A DNA stretch of 43,359 nucleotides from a virus. The notes below the pieces were generated by a model. The model saw only the letters and a program-made list of their open reading frames with translations. It made no database searches and was not told where the DNA came from. Below, piece by piece: positions 7,845 to 16,290 of the stretch. Position numbers and translations under genes: made by a program. The stretch lies in IMG/VR virus record IMGVR_UViG_3300045988_045189, positions 1-43,359 of that record, one strand, 5' to 3'. Numbering within the stretch: position 1 is the stretch's first letter; each line of letters starts with the position of its first letter.

Positions 7845-7876
7845 CCCACAACAAGAGAGATATTTCTTCTTGTGGG
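7845..7876 (+). promoter_or_regulatory. 13-bp interrupted hairpin (CCCACAAcAAGAGA gata TTTCTTcTTGTGGG) followed by a G7 run
   Basis: Pairing worked out by hand. Lies 38 nt upstream of ATG 7914. Confidence 0.6.
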
Positions 7877-7913
7877 GGGGTGTATAGAGGGCAGTACGGG
7901 AGAAGGAGAGAAC

Positions 7914-8279
7914 ATGACGAAAGAAGAATTTGAACAGGTTTTCACGGCGCTGGGGCTGTTCTGGCCGCGGGAAACCGTTTCGGACAGCCGGAAGGCGGCG
8001 TGGTGGCTGGCGCTGAAGCCGTACCCCTATCAGGGCGGCGTGCGGGAGAAGATCATTGCCTATGCCCGGTCGCCGAAAGGGAACTTTTTTCCGGATGTGG
8101 CGAACCTGACGGCAGGTCTGACGCCGGAGATCACGGAGCCGGAGAAGTCCGGGCCGGACTGGATCGACGCGATGCTGGAGAAAATGCCGCCCCACACGCC
8201 TGACCCGATTACCCGATATGCCTCCGAGCATGGGATCACCTGGGGCGAGGCGAAAAAGGCGTTGGAGGGCCGGACATGA
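7914..8279 (+). CDS. G39P-like helicase-loader/replisome-organizer domain protein (121 aa)
   Basis: GGAGAAGGAGAG ribosome-binding site. MTKEEFEQVFTALGLFWP...AAWWLALKPYPY...FFPDVANL resembles the pattern I recall for the 'loader and inhibitor of G40P' family. Confidence 0.4.
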   Translation: MTKEEFEQVFTALGLFWPRETVSDSRKAAWWLALKPYPYQGGVREKIIAYARSPKGNFFPDVANLTAGLTPEITEPEKSGPDWIDAMLEKMPPHTPDPITRYASEHGITWGEAKKALEGRT

Positions 8280-8662
8280 GCAGAGAATCATTCATCATCC
8301 GCTATCCGGACACCGACGCCGGAAAGAAGGCGTGGAACAAGGCATATGGGCTGAATGCTATCTATGCGGGAAAGCACTGGTCGAAGCGGCGGGACGACGC
8401 GAGACTGTGGCACACGCTGACGGTGAGCGCTATCAACGCCGCCCACATTCGCAAGCGGCCTTTTGAAAGGCCCGTAGTACTGACCTTCCAGTGGAATGAC
8501 CGGCTGGATTGCTCCAACCACGCTTACATGGCGAAGCTGATCGAGGACGGCATGAAGGGCATTCTGCTCCACGACGACAGCCGCCGGTGGGTGAAAGGCA
8601 TTGAGCATTATTTCCACGACAAGCCCTACATACGCGTGACGGTCACGGAGGTGGAACCATGA
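8276..8662 (+). CDS. rusA: RusA-like Holliday-junction resolvase
   Basis: YAGKHWSKRRDDARLWH and LDCSNHAYMAKLIEDGMKGILLHDDSRRWV fit the Gram-positive RusA motif pattern. ATGA coupling. Confidence 0.55.
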   Translation: MSRESFIIRYPDTDAGKKAWNKAYGLNAIYAGKHWSKRRDDARLWHTLTVSAINAAHIRKRPFERPVVLTFQWNDRLDCSNHAYMAKLIEDGMKGILLHDDSRRWVKGIEHYFHDKPYIRVTVTEVEP

Positions 8663-8892
8663 AAAACGGGATATGGAAAGTGGAGACGGCGAGGCTTTGC
8701 TGGGCCTGCCAGCAGGAAATGGCCCACGAGTACATCATGCAGCCTACCCGCGAACAGCGGCGTGACCCGGTGCGGGATCGCTGGGAGAGCGGCGTGTGTG
8801 AGCGCTGCGGGCGGAAACAGAGCATGACCAAACTTCGGAGGTACACCATGAACCGGGCCGGGCTGGTGGCAAGGGGGCGAGAAAATGGGTAA
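8659..8892 (+). CDS. Hypothetical zinc-ribbon protein (77 aa)
   Basis: CWAC...CERC; overlaps neighbouring genes at both ends. Confidence 0.6.
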   Translation: MKNGIWKVETARLCWACQQEMAHEYIMQPTREQRRDPVRDRWESGVCERCGRKQSMTKLRRYTMNRAGLVARGRENG

Positions 8893-9160
8893 GCAGCATC
8901 TATCCCGTGATGAGCGGCTGATTATGCAAGGCCGATTGAAGGGTACGCAGGAAAACATGGACATGGTGGCAATGGTGCTGATGGACAAATGCGGCTGGCA
9001 CGTCTTTGAGGAGACATCGGACAGCCGGGACACGCAGAGCATCGCGTATCTGTATGAGTGCCTGGAAAAGCTGGCAGAGGAGATAAACGAAGGCCGCATC
9101 AAGCGGAAGCACATCAAGGACGTGCTGAAGGACGAGTGCGGCGTGGTGTTTGGAGATTGA
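8885..9160 (+). CDS. Hypothetical protein (91 aa)
   Basis: Coding-like composition within a tightly packed operon. Confidence 0.6.
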   Translation: MGKQHLSRDERLIMQGRLKGTQENMDMVAMVLMDKCGWHVFEETSDSRDTQSIAYLYECLEKLAEEINEGRIKRKHIKDVLKDECGVVFGD

Positions 9161-9161
9161 T

Positions 9162-11054
9162 ATGATTTTTGCACAAGAGACGATGACCGGAGAGATCATC
9201 GTGGATAATTTCGCCGGCGGCGGCGGTGCATCGACAGGCATTGAGATTGCAACGGGCATGGCGGTGGCGATTGCCATTAACCACGACCCGGCGGCGATCC
9301 TGATGCACAAGACCAACCACCCGTATACGGAGCATTTTCAGGCGTCCGTGTGGGACATTGACCCCGTGGCCGTGTGCCGTGGGCGGCGCGTGGGGCTGGC
9401 GTGGTTCTCGCCGGACTGCAAGCACTTTTCCAAGGCAAAGGGAGCGGCATTGGTAGACCGGAAGATTCGCGGCCTTGCGTGGATTACCCTGCGGTGGGCG
9501 GCAACGGTACGGCCCCGCGTTATCATCCTTGAAAATGTGGAGGAGTTCCAGACGTGGGGGCCGGTGCGGAAGGGCAAGCCGGTGAAGAAGCTGGCGGGCA
9601 CCACGTTCCGGAAGTTCATCGACCAACTCACTGAGTTGGGGTACACCGTGGAGTATCGGGAGTTGATCGCGGCGGACTACGGCGCACCCACCTCCCGCAA
9701 GAGATTCTACATGGTCGCCCGCTGCGACGGGAAGCCCATCGTGTGGCCGAAGCCCACCCACAGCAAAACCGGCGCGGATGGACTGCCCAAGTGGCGCTGT
9801 GCATCGGAGATCATCGACTGGTCGCTGCCCTGCCCGTCGGTATTTGCATCTAAGGCGCAGATCATGGACAAATACGGCCTGAAAGCGGTGCGCCCGCTGG
9901 CGAAGAACACTATGCGGCGGATCATCCGGGGCGTGGACAAGTTCACCATCCGCAGCGGCAAGCCGTTCATCGTACAGCAGAAATTCCAGAATGCTGCGCA
10001 GAACATCGAAAAGCCATTGACGACTGTTACGGCGGTAGGAGCGCATGAATTGTGCAAGCCGCTGCTGGCACCTGTGACGGTGACGAACACCAGCAACAGC
10101 GTGGGGGCAACGGTGGGAGAACCGGTGCATACCGTGACAACTGCTGGTAATCAGATGCTGGTGACGCCGAGCCTTGTAAGCATCGGCCAGACCGGTGGTG
10201 GGGACAGGATCAGAGATATACGGGAGCCTGTTCCTACAACGGTGTCGAAGCAGGAAGCCTGCCTGGTGGCCCCGGCCCTGATCCAGTACCACACGGAGCA
10301 GACGGAGCATGTCCGGGCGTCAGGACTGGGTGCGCCCATCAACACCGTGGATGCCTCCAACCGCTACGGCCTGACCTGCGCCAGTCTGGTGGAGTATTAC
10401 ACCGGCGGCAGGCCGTTGGATGTGAATGACCCCATGCACACGGTGACAAGCCATGACCGCGAGGCTGTGGTAGCGGCGCATATCGCCAAGTATTACGGCG
10501 GTGTGGTCGGTGAAAAGGCGGAAGATCCTTTGCCGACGGTGACGGCCATTGACCACAATGCGGTATGTGCGGCCCATGTGGTGAAGTTCAAGGGCGACGA
10601 TGTGGGCACATCGCCTTCGGAGCCGTTGCAGACAGTGACGGCCAGCGCCGGGGAGTTCGCCATGTGCAAGGCGTATCTAGCAAAGATGCACAGCGGCGAC
10701 GACCTGGGCTACTGGCCGGAGATTCGTGCCTTGCTGAACGAGTTCTGCGGCTACACGCTGGCAGAGGACGAAGTGCTTCTGCTGGAGATCGGCGGCGTAC
10801 TGTACTACATCGCGGATATTGGACTCCGGATGCTGTCTCCCCGCGAGCTGTACAATGCGATGGGGTTCCCGCCGGATTACATCATCGACCGTGACTATGA
10901 AGGCCACGAATACAAAAAGAGCGCACAGGTGGCGCGGTGCGGCAATGCCGTGTGTCCGCCGGTGGCGTCCGCTCTGGTGCGGGCCAACCTGCCGGAGTGG
11001 TGCAACGTGACCATAACCACAATGGCGCAGCTGCTGGACTGCGTGGCGGTGTGA
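9162..11054 (+). CDS. dcm: DNA (cytosine-5)-methyltransferase with a greatly expanded variable region
   Basis: Motif I DNFAGGGG, motif IV SPDCKHFS, motif VI ILENV, motif X CGNAVCPP. ATG 9162 follows GGAGAT; the ORF track begins at TTG 9150. Confidence 0.9.
   Translation: MIFAQETMTGEIIVDNFAGGGGASTGIEIATGMAVAIAINHDPAAILMHKTNHPYTEHFQASVWDIDPVAVCRGRRVGLAWFSPDCKHFSKAKGAALVDRKIRGLAWITLRWAATVRPRVIILENVEEFQTWGPVRKGKPVKKLAGTTFRKFIDQLTELGYTVEYRELIAADYGAPTSRKRFYMVARCDGKPIVWPKPTHSKTGADGLPKWRCASEIIDWSLPCPSVFASKAQIMDKYGLKAVRPLAKNTMRRIIRGVDKFTIRSGKPFIVQQKFQNAAQNIEKPLTTVTAVGAHELCKPLLAPVTVTNTSNSVGATVGEPVHTVTTAGNQMLVTPSLVSIGQTGGGDRIRDIREPVPTTVSKQEACLVAPALIQYHTEQTEHVRASGLGAPINTVDASNRYGLTCASLVEYYTGGRPLDVNDPMHTVTSHDREAVVAAHIAKYYGGVVGEKAEDPLPTVTAIDHNAVCAAHVVKFKGDDVGTSPSEPLQTVTASAGEFAMCKAYLAKMHSGDDLGYWPEIRALLNEFCGYTLAEDEVLLLEIGGVLYYIADIGLRMLSPRELYNAMGFPPDYIIDRDYEGHEYKKSAQVARCGNAVCPPVASALVRANLPEWCNVTITTMAQLLDCVAV
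10008..10680 (+). repeat. Seven tandem, degenerate ~35-aa coding repeats inside the methyltransferase, core (E/D)P-x-x-T-V-T
   Basis: KPLTTVTA, EPVHTVTT, EPVPTTVS, APINTVDA, DPMHTVTS, DPLPTVTA and EPLQTVTA at ORF-track residues about 288, 324, 359, 395, 427, 459 and 490. Confidence 0.85.
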
Positions 11055-11067
11055 AAGGAGTGAACAT

Positions 11068-11316
11068 ATGACACGAGAGGAAATTGTGACGGCGCTGCGG
11101 TGCTGTGCATTTAACGGTGAAGATTCTTGCAAACACTGTACAGAGTGCCCTGCGACGGGTAATGATTGCGAAAGTGAATTGCAGCTTGCTGCCGCTGATC
11201 TGATCGAGAATCAGCAGCGGGAGATAGAAGCGCTGCGGTGGACGAATGAGGGGCTGCGGTACAATCTGGATTTATTGATGGGCTTTGCAAGAAAGGACGT
11301 AGGGACGACACTATGA
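11068..11316 (+). CDS. Hypothetical protein (82 aa)
   Basis: AAAGGAGTGAAC ribosome-binding site; Cys cluster followed by a coiled-coil-like tail. Confidence 0.65.
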   Translation: MTREEIVTALRCCAFNGEDSCKHCTECPATGNDCESELQLAAADLIENQQREIEALRWTNEGLRYNLDLLMGFARKDVGTTL

Positions 11317-11483
11317 GCAAACGAGACGAAGTGATGAACAGCAAACAGACCATCATGCAGTTAGCCAACGAGGTTATCAGGCACCTAAACGCCTGTGCCG
11401 ATGAGGCTTTTGTTGAAAGCGTTTTGGAGTGTATCAATGACGGTGTGGAGTTCGGTGAGGACGAGATCAGGGAGGTGGAGTGA
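11313..11483 (+). CDS. Hypothetical acidic protein (56 aa; MSKRDEVMNSKQTIMQLANEV...)
   Basis: Found by hand. ATGA overlaps at both ends. Below the ORF-track length cutoff. Confidence 0.45.
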   Translation: MSKRDEVMNSKQTIMQLANEVIRHLNACADEAFVESVLECINDGVEFGEDEIREVE

Positions 11484-11749
11484 TGGCGAAATACATTGAC
11501 CAGTCCGTAGCGATTGCGCGGCTGACCCATCTGGAAGTGACAAAGCCCACGGCTACTATGACGGATGCCAAGCGTGCGCTGGCGGATATGTTTCCGGCTG
11601 ACGTGGTGCCGGTGGTGCATGGGCGGTGGTTATCACATTATCGCAGTGGTGTGACCGTTGCGGCGGGCTTTGTGTCATCCTGTTGCGACATGTGGGCTGA
11701 ACGCTGGTCAAATTACTACCCACACTGCGGGGCGAAGATGGATCTGTAA
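11480..11749 (+). CDS. Hypothetical protein (about 88 aa)
   Basis: GGAGGTGGAG ribosome-binding site; starts at GTG 11480 or ATG 11483. Confidence 0.65.
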   Translation: MMAKYIDQSVAIARLTHLEVTKPTATMTDAKRALADMFPADVVPVVHGRWLSHYRSGVTVAAGFVSSCCDMWAERWSNYYPHCGAKMDL

Positions 11750-11788
11750 ACAGGCCATGGGGCGAAACAGGAAAGGCAGGTGGGGCGC

Positions 11789-12019
11789 ATGGCAAGCGGG
11801 AGCTATCGGCAGGTTTATGTGGTGTGCCCCTACTATGTGACGGACAACGGCAGGGACAGGATCGTATGCGAGGGGCTGACCCCCGGCGGGCAGAACCAGA
11901 CCTTTTACCAGAAGCGGCAGGACTACGCCTTGCAGATGGAGCTGTTCTGCTGTGGAGACTACTGGCGCTGCGAGATATGCGCGGCGCTGGATGCGAAGTA
12001 CCGGGAAGATGAACCATGA
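11789..12019 (+). CDS. Hypothetical Cys-rich protein (76 aa)
   Basis: ATG 11789 follows AGGAAAGG. Last gene before a strong terminator. Confidence 0.6.
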   Translation: MASGSYRQVYVVCPYYVTDNGRDRIVCEGLTPGGQNQTFYQKRQDYALQMELFCCGDYWRCEICAALDAKYREDEP

Positions 12020-12022
12020 GAC

Positions 12023-12048
12023 AAGAGGGGCTACGGCCCCTCTTTTGT
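12023..12048 (+). terminator. Rho-independent terminator ending the early/middle operon
   Basis: AAGAGGGGC tacg GCCCCTCTT stem (9 bp) running into TTTTGT. Confidence 0.8.
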
Positions 12049-12158
12049 CGTATGCGGTGGTGGGATAGAAATACGGCGCCGGGATTTGGTAACATGGTAT
12101 ACAGGACGGCACAGGCGCTGCCGTAAAAAGCGCCTGACCGCTGTAGGGCGGGACAAAG

Positions 12159-12172
12159 CTGCCATATGGCAG
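12159..12172. promoter_or_regulatory. Perfect 14-bp palindrome CTGCCATATGGCAG in the 230-bp leader upstream of terS
   Basis: Read directly. Flanked by further inverted repeats (AGGCGCT/AGCGCCT and GACGCGCC/GGCGCGTC). Confidence 0.6.
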
Positions 12173-12280
12173 ATGGTGTGCGCGGGAAAACGCCGCGAGG
12201 GTAGGACGCGCCGACGGCAAACGTCAGCGGTGGGAGACGGGCGCGTCAAAATAGGATTTTGTATGGAGGGGTGGTGTACT

Positions 12281-12685
12281 GTGGCGGCAAGGCTGACAGA
12301 CCGGCAGAAAAAGAAAATACTGGCCGACTATGTGCAGCTTGGCAGCTACAACGCTACGGCGAAGATCAACGGCTGCTCCCTGAACACGGTGAAGAAACTT
12401 GTGCAGGAAAATGCAGACATTGCAGAACTGTGCATTCAGAAAAAAATGGAGAACACAACGGACATTCTGGCCTACATGGAGAGCCAGCGGAAAACGGTGT
12501 GTGAGATCATCGGAAAGGGGCTGGCAGCGCTGAACGACCCCGACAAGCTGGCAGAGGCCACGCCTGCCCAGATCACCACGGCGCTGGGTACGCTGATCGA
12601 CAAGTGGACGGCGGTCAAGGACGCTGCGGACAGCAATGCCGCCCAGCTGACCATGGACGCGGAACTGGAGGAGTTCAGCGAATGA
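12281..12685 (+). CDS. terS: Terminase small subunit
   Basis: LTDRQKKKILADYVQLGSYNATAKINGCSLNTVKKLV HTH motif. GTG 12281 lies 10 nt after GGAGG; an alternative ATG is at 12263. Immediately precedes terL. Confidence 0.75.
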   Translation: MAARLTDRQKKKILADYVQLGSYNATAKINGCSLNTVKKLVQENADIAELCIQKKMENTTDILAYMESQRKTVCEIIGKGLAALNDPDKLAEATPAQITTALGTLIDKWTAVKDAADSNAAQLTMDAELEEFSE

Positions 12686-14100
12686 GACAGCTTGTGATAC
12701 AGCGGCCCAACGAGCGGCAGGCGGTATTCCTGCGGGCCAGAGCAAAGCATATCGGCTTCGGCGGTGCCCGTGGCGGCGGCAAGAGCTGGGCTGTCCGCAC
12801 CAAGGCCAAGCTGCTGGCGGTGCGGTATCCCGGCATCAAAATGCTGATCGTCCGGCGCACCTACCCTGAATTGATGAATAACCACATCCGGCAGCTGCGT
12901 ACTGAACTGCTGGGGGTGGCACGGTATAACGACAAGGACAAGATACTGGCCTTTGCCAACGGCAGCACCATCAATTTCGCCTACTGCGCCAAGGACGGCG
13001 ACCTTGACCGGCTGCAAGGTACGGAGTATGACGTGATCTTTCTGGACGAGGCGACGCAGCTCTCTGAGTACCAGATGAAAACCATCACCGCCTGCCTGCG
13101 CGGCGTCAACGATTTTCCCAAGCGGGTGTACTACACCTGCAACCCCGGCGGGCAAGGCCACCAGTACATCAAGCGGCTGTTCATCGACCGGCGGTTTGAG
13201 AGCGGCGAAAGGCCGGAGGACTATGTGTTCATCCAGAGCCGCGTCACCGACAACAAGGCGCTGATGGCGGCACAGCCGGACTATATCCAGCAGCTGGAAG
13301 CCCTGCCGGAGAAGCTGCGCAAGGCGTGGCTGGAAGGCGACTGGAACGTATTCGAGGGCCAGTTCTTTGAGGAGTTCGCCGACGATCCCGACCACTACGC
13401 CGACCGGCGCTTTACCCATGTGATAGATCCCTTCGAGGTGCCGCGGTCGTGGACCATCTACCGGAGCTTCGACTGGGGCTATGCGCGGCCCTTCTCCTGC
13501 GGGTGGTGGGCCGTGGACTACGACGGGACACTGTACCGCATTCTGGAACTGTACGGCTGCACCCGCGAGGCCAACACCGGCGTGAAGTGGACGCCGGACA
13601 AGGTATTTGCGGAGATCCATCGGGTGGAGACGGAACACCGGTGGCTGCGGGGCAAGCAGATACAGGGCGTGGCTGACCCGGCCATCTGGGACGCCGAGAG
13701 CGGCGAGAGCATTGCCGAGACGGCGGCGCGGCACAGGGTGTACTTTGCCAAGGCCGACAACAAGCGGCTGCCGGGCTGGATGCAGGTGCATTACCGGCTG
13801 GCCTTTGACGAGATGGGCAAGGCCATGATGTATGTGTTCCGTGGCTGCAAGGCGTTCATCCGGACGCTGCCGCTTCTGCAATACGATGAGCACGCGGTGG
13901 AGGACGTGGACACCGACGGCGAGGATCACATTGCCGATGAGACGCGGTACATGTGCATGGCGCGGCCTATCAAGCCACGGCTGGCGCCAAAGCGCGACCC
14001 CTATCTGGACAATCCCATGTATACGGCGCTGGACATTCCCAAGGAGGATGTGCTGAGCGCGCCGGAGTTCATACCGATGCAGGTCAAGGAGATCGAATGA
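12682..14100 (+). CDS. terL: Terminase large subunit
   Basis: Walker A GFGGARGGGKS, a DE Walker B-like IFLDEATQ, and a C-terminal nuclease-type region. ATGA coupling with terS. Confidence 0.92.
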   Translation: MRQLVIQRPNERQAVFLRARAKHIGFGGARGGGKSWAVRTKAKLLAVRYPGIKMLIVRRTYPELMNNHIRQLRTELLGVARYNDKDKILAFANGSTINFAYCAKDGDLDRLQGTEYDVIFLDEATQLSEYQMKTITACLRGVNDFPKRVYYTCNPGGQGHQYIKRLFIDRRFESGERPEDYVFIQSRVTDNKALMAAQPDYIQQLEALPEKLRKAWLEGDWNVFEGQFFEEFADDPDHYADRRFTHVIDPFEVPRSWTIYRSFDWGYARPFSCGWWAVDYDGTLYRILELYGCTREANTGVKWTPDKVFAEIHRVETEHRWLRGKQIQGVADPAIWDAESGESIAETAARHRVYFAKADNKRLPGWMQVHYRLAFDEMGKAMMYVFRGCKAFIRTLPLLQYDEHAVEDVDTDGEDHIADETRYMCMARPIKPRLAPKRDPYLDNPMYTALDIPKEDVLSAPEFIPMQVKEIE

Positions 14101-15947
14101 TGGAAGAAAAAGAAGTCATGACAACGGAAAATACGCCGGTGCGGATCGGCATCGGGCCGGAGCAGCTGCGGGAAGCGGCACAGACCCTGCGGAAGTACAA
14201 GCAGGGCAAGGCCAATCTGGAGCAGCGGGTGATCGACAACGAGGAGTGGTATCGGCTGCGGCACTGGGAGTGCCTGCGGCAGGGCAGCAAGAAGCAGCAG
14301 GTGGAGCCTGTGAGCGCATGGCTGCTGAACTCCATCGCCAACAAGCACGCCGACGCCATGGACAACTTCCCCGCCCCCAACATCCTGCCCCGTGAGCCGG
14401 GGGACGTGAAGGAGGCGCGGCAGCTGTCGGCCATCGTGCCGGTGGTGCTGGAGCAGGCGGGCTTTGAGGCTACCTACTCCGAAGGCTGGTGGGATAAGAT
14501 CATCGGCGGCACGGCCATCTACGGTGTGTTCTGGGACGGCAGCAAGCTGGGTGGGCTGGGCGACATTGCCGTGGAGCCGGTGGACATTCTGAATCTCTTC
14601 TGGGAGCCGGGTGTCACCAAGATCCAGAACAGCGCCAACGTGTTCCATGTGAAGCTGGAGGACAACGCCGCTTTGGAGCAGGCGTACCCTGAGTTGGCGG
14701 GCAAGCTGGGCGGCAACGGGCTGGATATCAGCAAGTATGTGTACGACGACACTGTGGACACCACGGAGAAAAGCGTGGTGGTGGACTGGTATTACAAGAA
14801 AAAGACTGGCGGCAAGACGGTGCTGCACTACTGCAAATTCGTGGGGGATACGGTGCTGTACGCCACGGAGAACAAGAACGGCGAGGGCTGGTATGACCAC
14901 GGGAAATATCCCTTCGTGTTCGACCCCATGTTCCGTGTGAAGGGGACGCCCTGCGGCTTTGGCTATATCGACATTGGCAAGGGTGCCCAGGAGTACATCG
15001 ACCGCGGGGATCAGGCGGTGATGCAGAACATGCTGTCCAATGCCAAGCCCCGGTACTTCGTCCGCTCCGACGGCTCTGTGAACGAGCAGGAGTACGCCGA
15101 CATGACGAAGGATTTCGTGCATACCGACGGCAATCTGGGACAGGACAGCATCCTGCCGGTGGTGGGCAAGGTGCTCAACAGCATCTATCTGAATGTGCTG
15201 GACAGAAAGGTGGACGAGCTGAAGGAGACCACCGGCAACCGGGACGTGTCCACCGGCGGCTCTACCTCCGGCGTGACGGCGGCCAGCGCCATTGCGGCCA
15301 TGCAGGAGGCGGGCAGCAAGCTGAGCCGGGACGGCAACAAGGCGGCCTACCGCGCCTTCCGTGAGGTAGTGGAGCTGGTGGTGGAGCTGATCCGCCAGTT
15401 CTATGACCTGCCCCGTCAGTTCCGTATTCTGGGCGAGAACGGCCGGGAGGATTTCGTCAGCTACACCAACGCCGGAATCAAGCCTGTGTATCAGGGCATG
15501 GAGATGGGCGTGGATATGGGCTACCGGCTGCCGGTGTTCGACATTGAGATCACGGCGGAAAAGGCCAGCCCATACAGCAAGCTGAGCCAGAACGAGCTGG
15601 CGCTGCAATTCTTCGGGGCCGGGTTCTTCAATCCGCAGATGACCGACCAGGCGCTGGCGTGTCTGGAGATGATGGACTTTGACGGCAAGGAGCAGATCAT
15701 GCAGCGCATCAGCGCCAACGGGACGCTGTATCAGCGCCTGATGATGGCACAGCAGCAGGCGGTGGCTATGGCCCAGCTGGTGGATATGAAGCTGGGCACC
15801 AACTACGCCATGCAGCTGCTGGGCGGTGCGCAGGGTACGCAGCAGCCCATGCCGGGAAGCGTTCCCGATATCGGCAACAGCGGCGGCGAGAGCAGCGTGA
15901 CCGCCAACGCCAGAAAGGAAGCGGCAGACCGTGCCGCGCCGGTGTAA
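14097..15947 (+). CDS. Portal protein
   Basis: 616 aa. Position directly after terL, overlapping its stop. Portal-like N-terminus (KANLEQRVIDNEEWYRLRHW). Confidence 0.85.
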   Translation: MMEEKEVMTTENTPVRIGIGPEQLREAAQTLRKYKQGKANLEQRVIDNEEWYRLRHWECLRQGSKKQQVEPVSAWLLNSIANKHADAMDNFPAPNILPREPGDVKEARQLSAIVPVVLEQAGFEATYSEGWWDKIIGGTAIYGVFWDGSKLGGLGDIAVEPVDILNLFWEPGVTKIQNSANVFHVKLEDNAALEQAYPELAGKLGGNGLDISKYVYDDTVDTTEKSVVVDWYYKKKTGGKTVLHYCKFVGDTVLYATENKNGEGWYDHGKYPFVFDPMFRVKGTPCGFGYIDIGKGAQEYIDRGDQAVMQNMLSNAKPRYFVRSDGSVNEQEYADMTKDFVHTDGNLGQDSILPVVGKVLNSIYLNVLDRKVDELKETTGNRDVSTGGSTSGVTAASAIAAMQEAGSKLSRDGNKAAYRAFREVVELVVELIRQFYDLPRQFRILGENGREDFVSYTNAGIKPVYQGMEMGVDMGYRLPVFDIEITAEKASPYSKLSQNELALQFFGAGFFNPQMTDQALACLEMMDFDGKEQIMQRISANGTLYQRLMMAQQQAVAMAQLVDMKLGTNYAMQLLGGAQGTQQPMPGSVPDIGNSGGESSVTANARKEAADRAAPV

Positions 15948-15950
15948 GCC

Positions 15951-16283
15951 ATGGTGCGGGTAGAATTTTCACGGTGCGGCGGCACCTATGTGCTGCGGAT
16001 GACCGGCCACGCGGGACAGGCCGACGTGGGGCATGACGTGGTGTGTGCGGCGGCCACCATCCTGTGCTATACGGCGGCGCAGACGGCCCTTGACCTCTAT
16101 GAGCAGGGGAAGCTCCGCAAAAGGCCCCGCGTGGACGTGGACAGGGGCGACGCCACGGTGACGCTGTGTCCCCGGCAGGACGCGGCGGGGGAGGCGGCTG
16201 TGGCGCTGCGGACGGTGGCGACGGGATTTGCGCTGCTGGCACACCATTATCCGGAGTATGTGACATTCAGGCGTGAGCCTTAA
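15951..16283 (+). CDS. prp: Prp-like cysteine protease (ribosomal-processing protease family, DUF464)
   Basis: The GHAG...GHDVVCAAAT His/Cys signature. Located between portal and scaffold. Confidence 0.75.
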   Translation: MVRVEFSRCGGTYVLRMTGHAGQADVGHDVVCAAATILCYTAAQTALDLYEQGKLRKRPRVDVDRGDATVTLCPRQDAAGEAAVALRTVATGFALLAHHYPEYVTFRREP

Positions 16284-16290
16284 TGATGGA

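Noticed and set aside
7716-7913. N-terminal extension of ORF 7716..8279 (IPLCPPSFPPHPLSIPLYPPYTP...)
   Set aside because: The Pro-rich translation is simply the reading of the C5-tract array. There is no ribosome-binding site at 7716, whereas a strong GGAGAAGGAGAG ribosome-binding site precedes ATG 7914.
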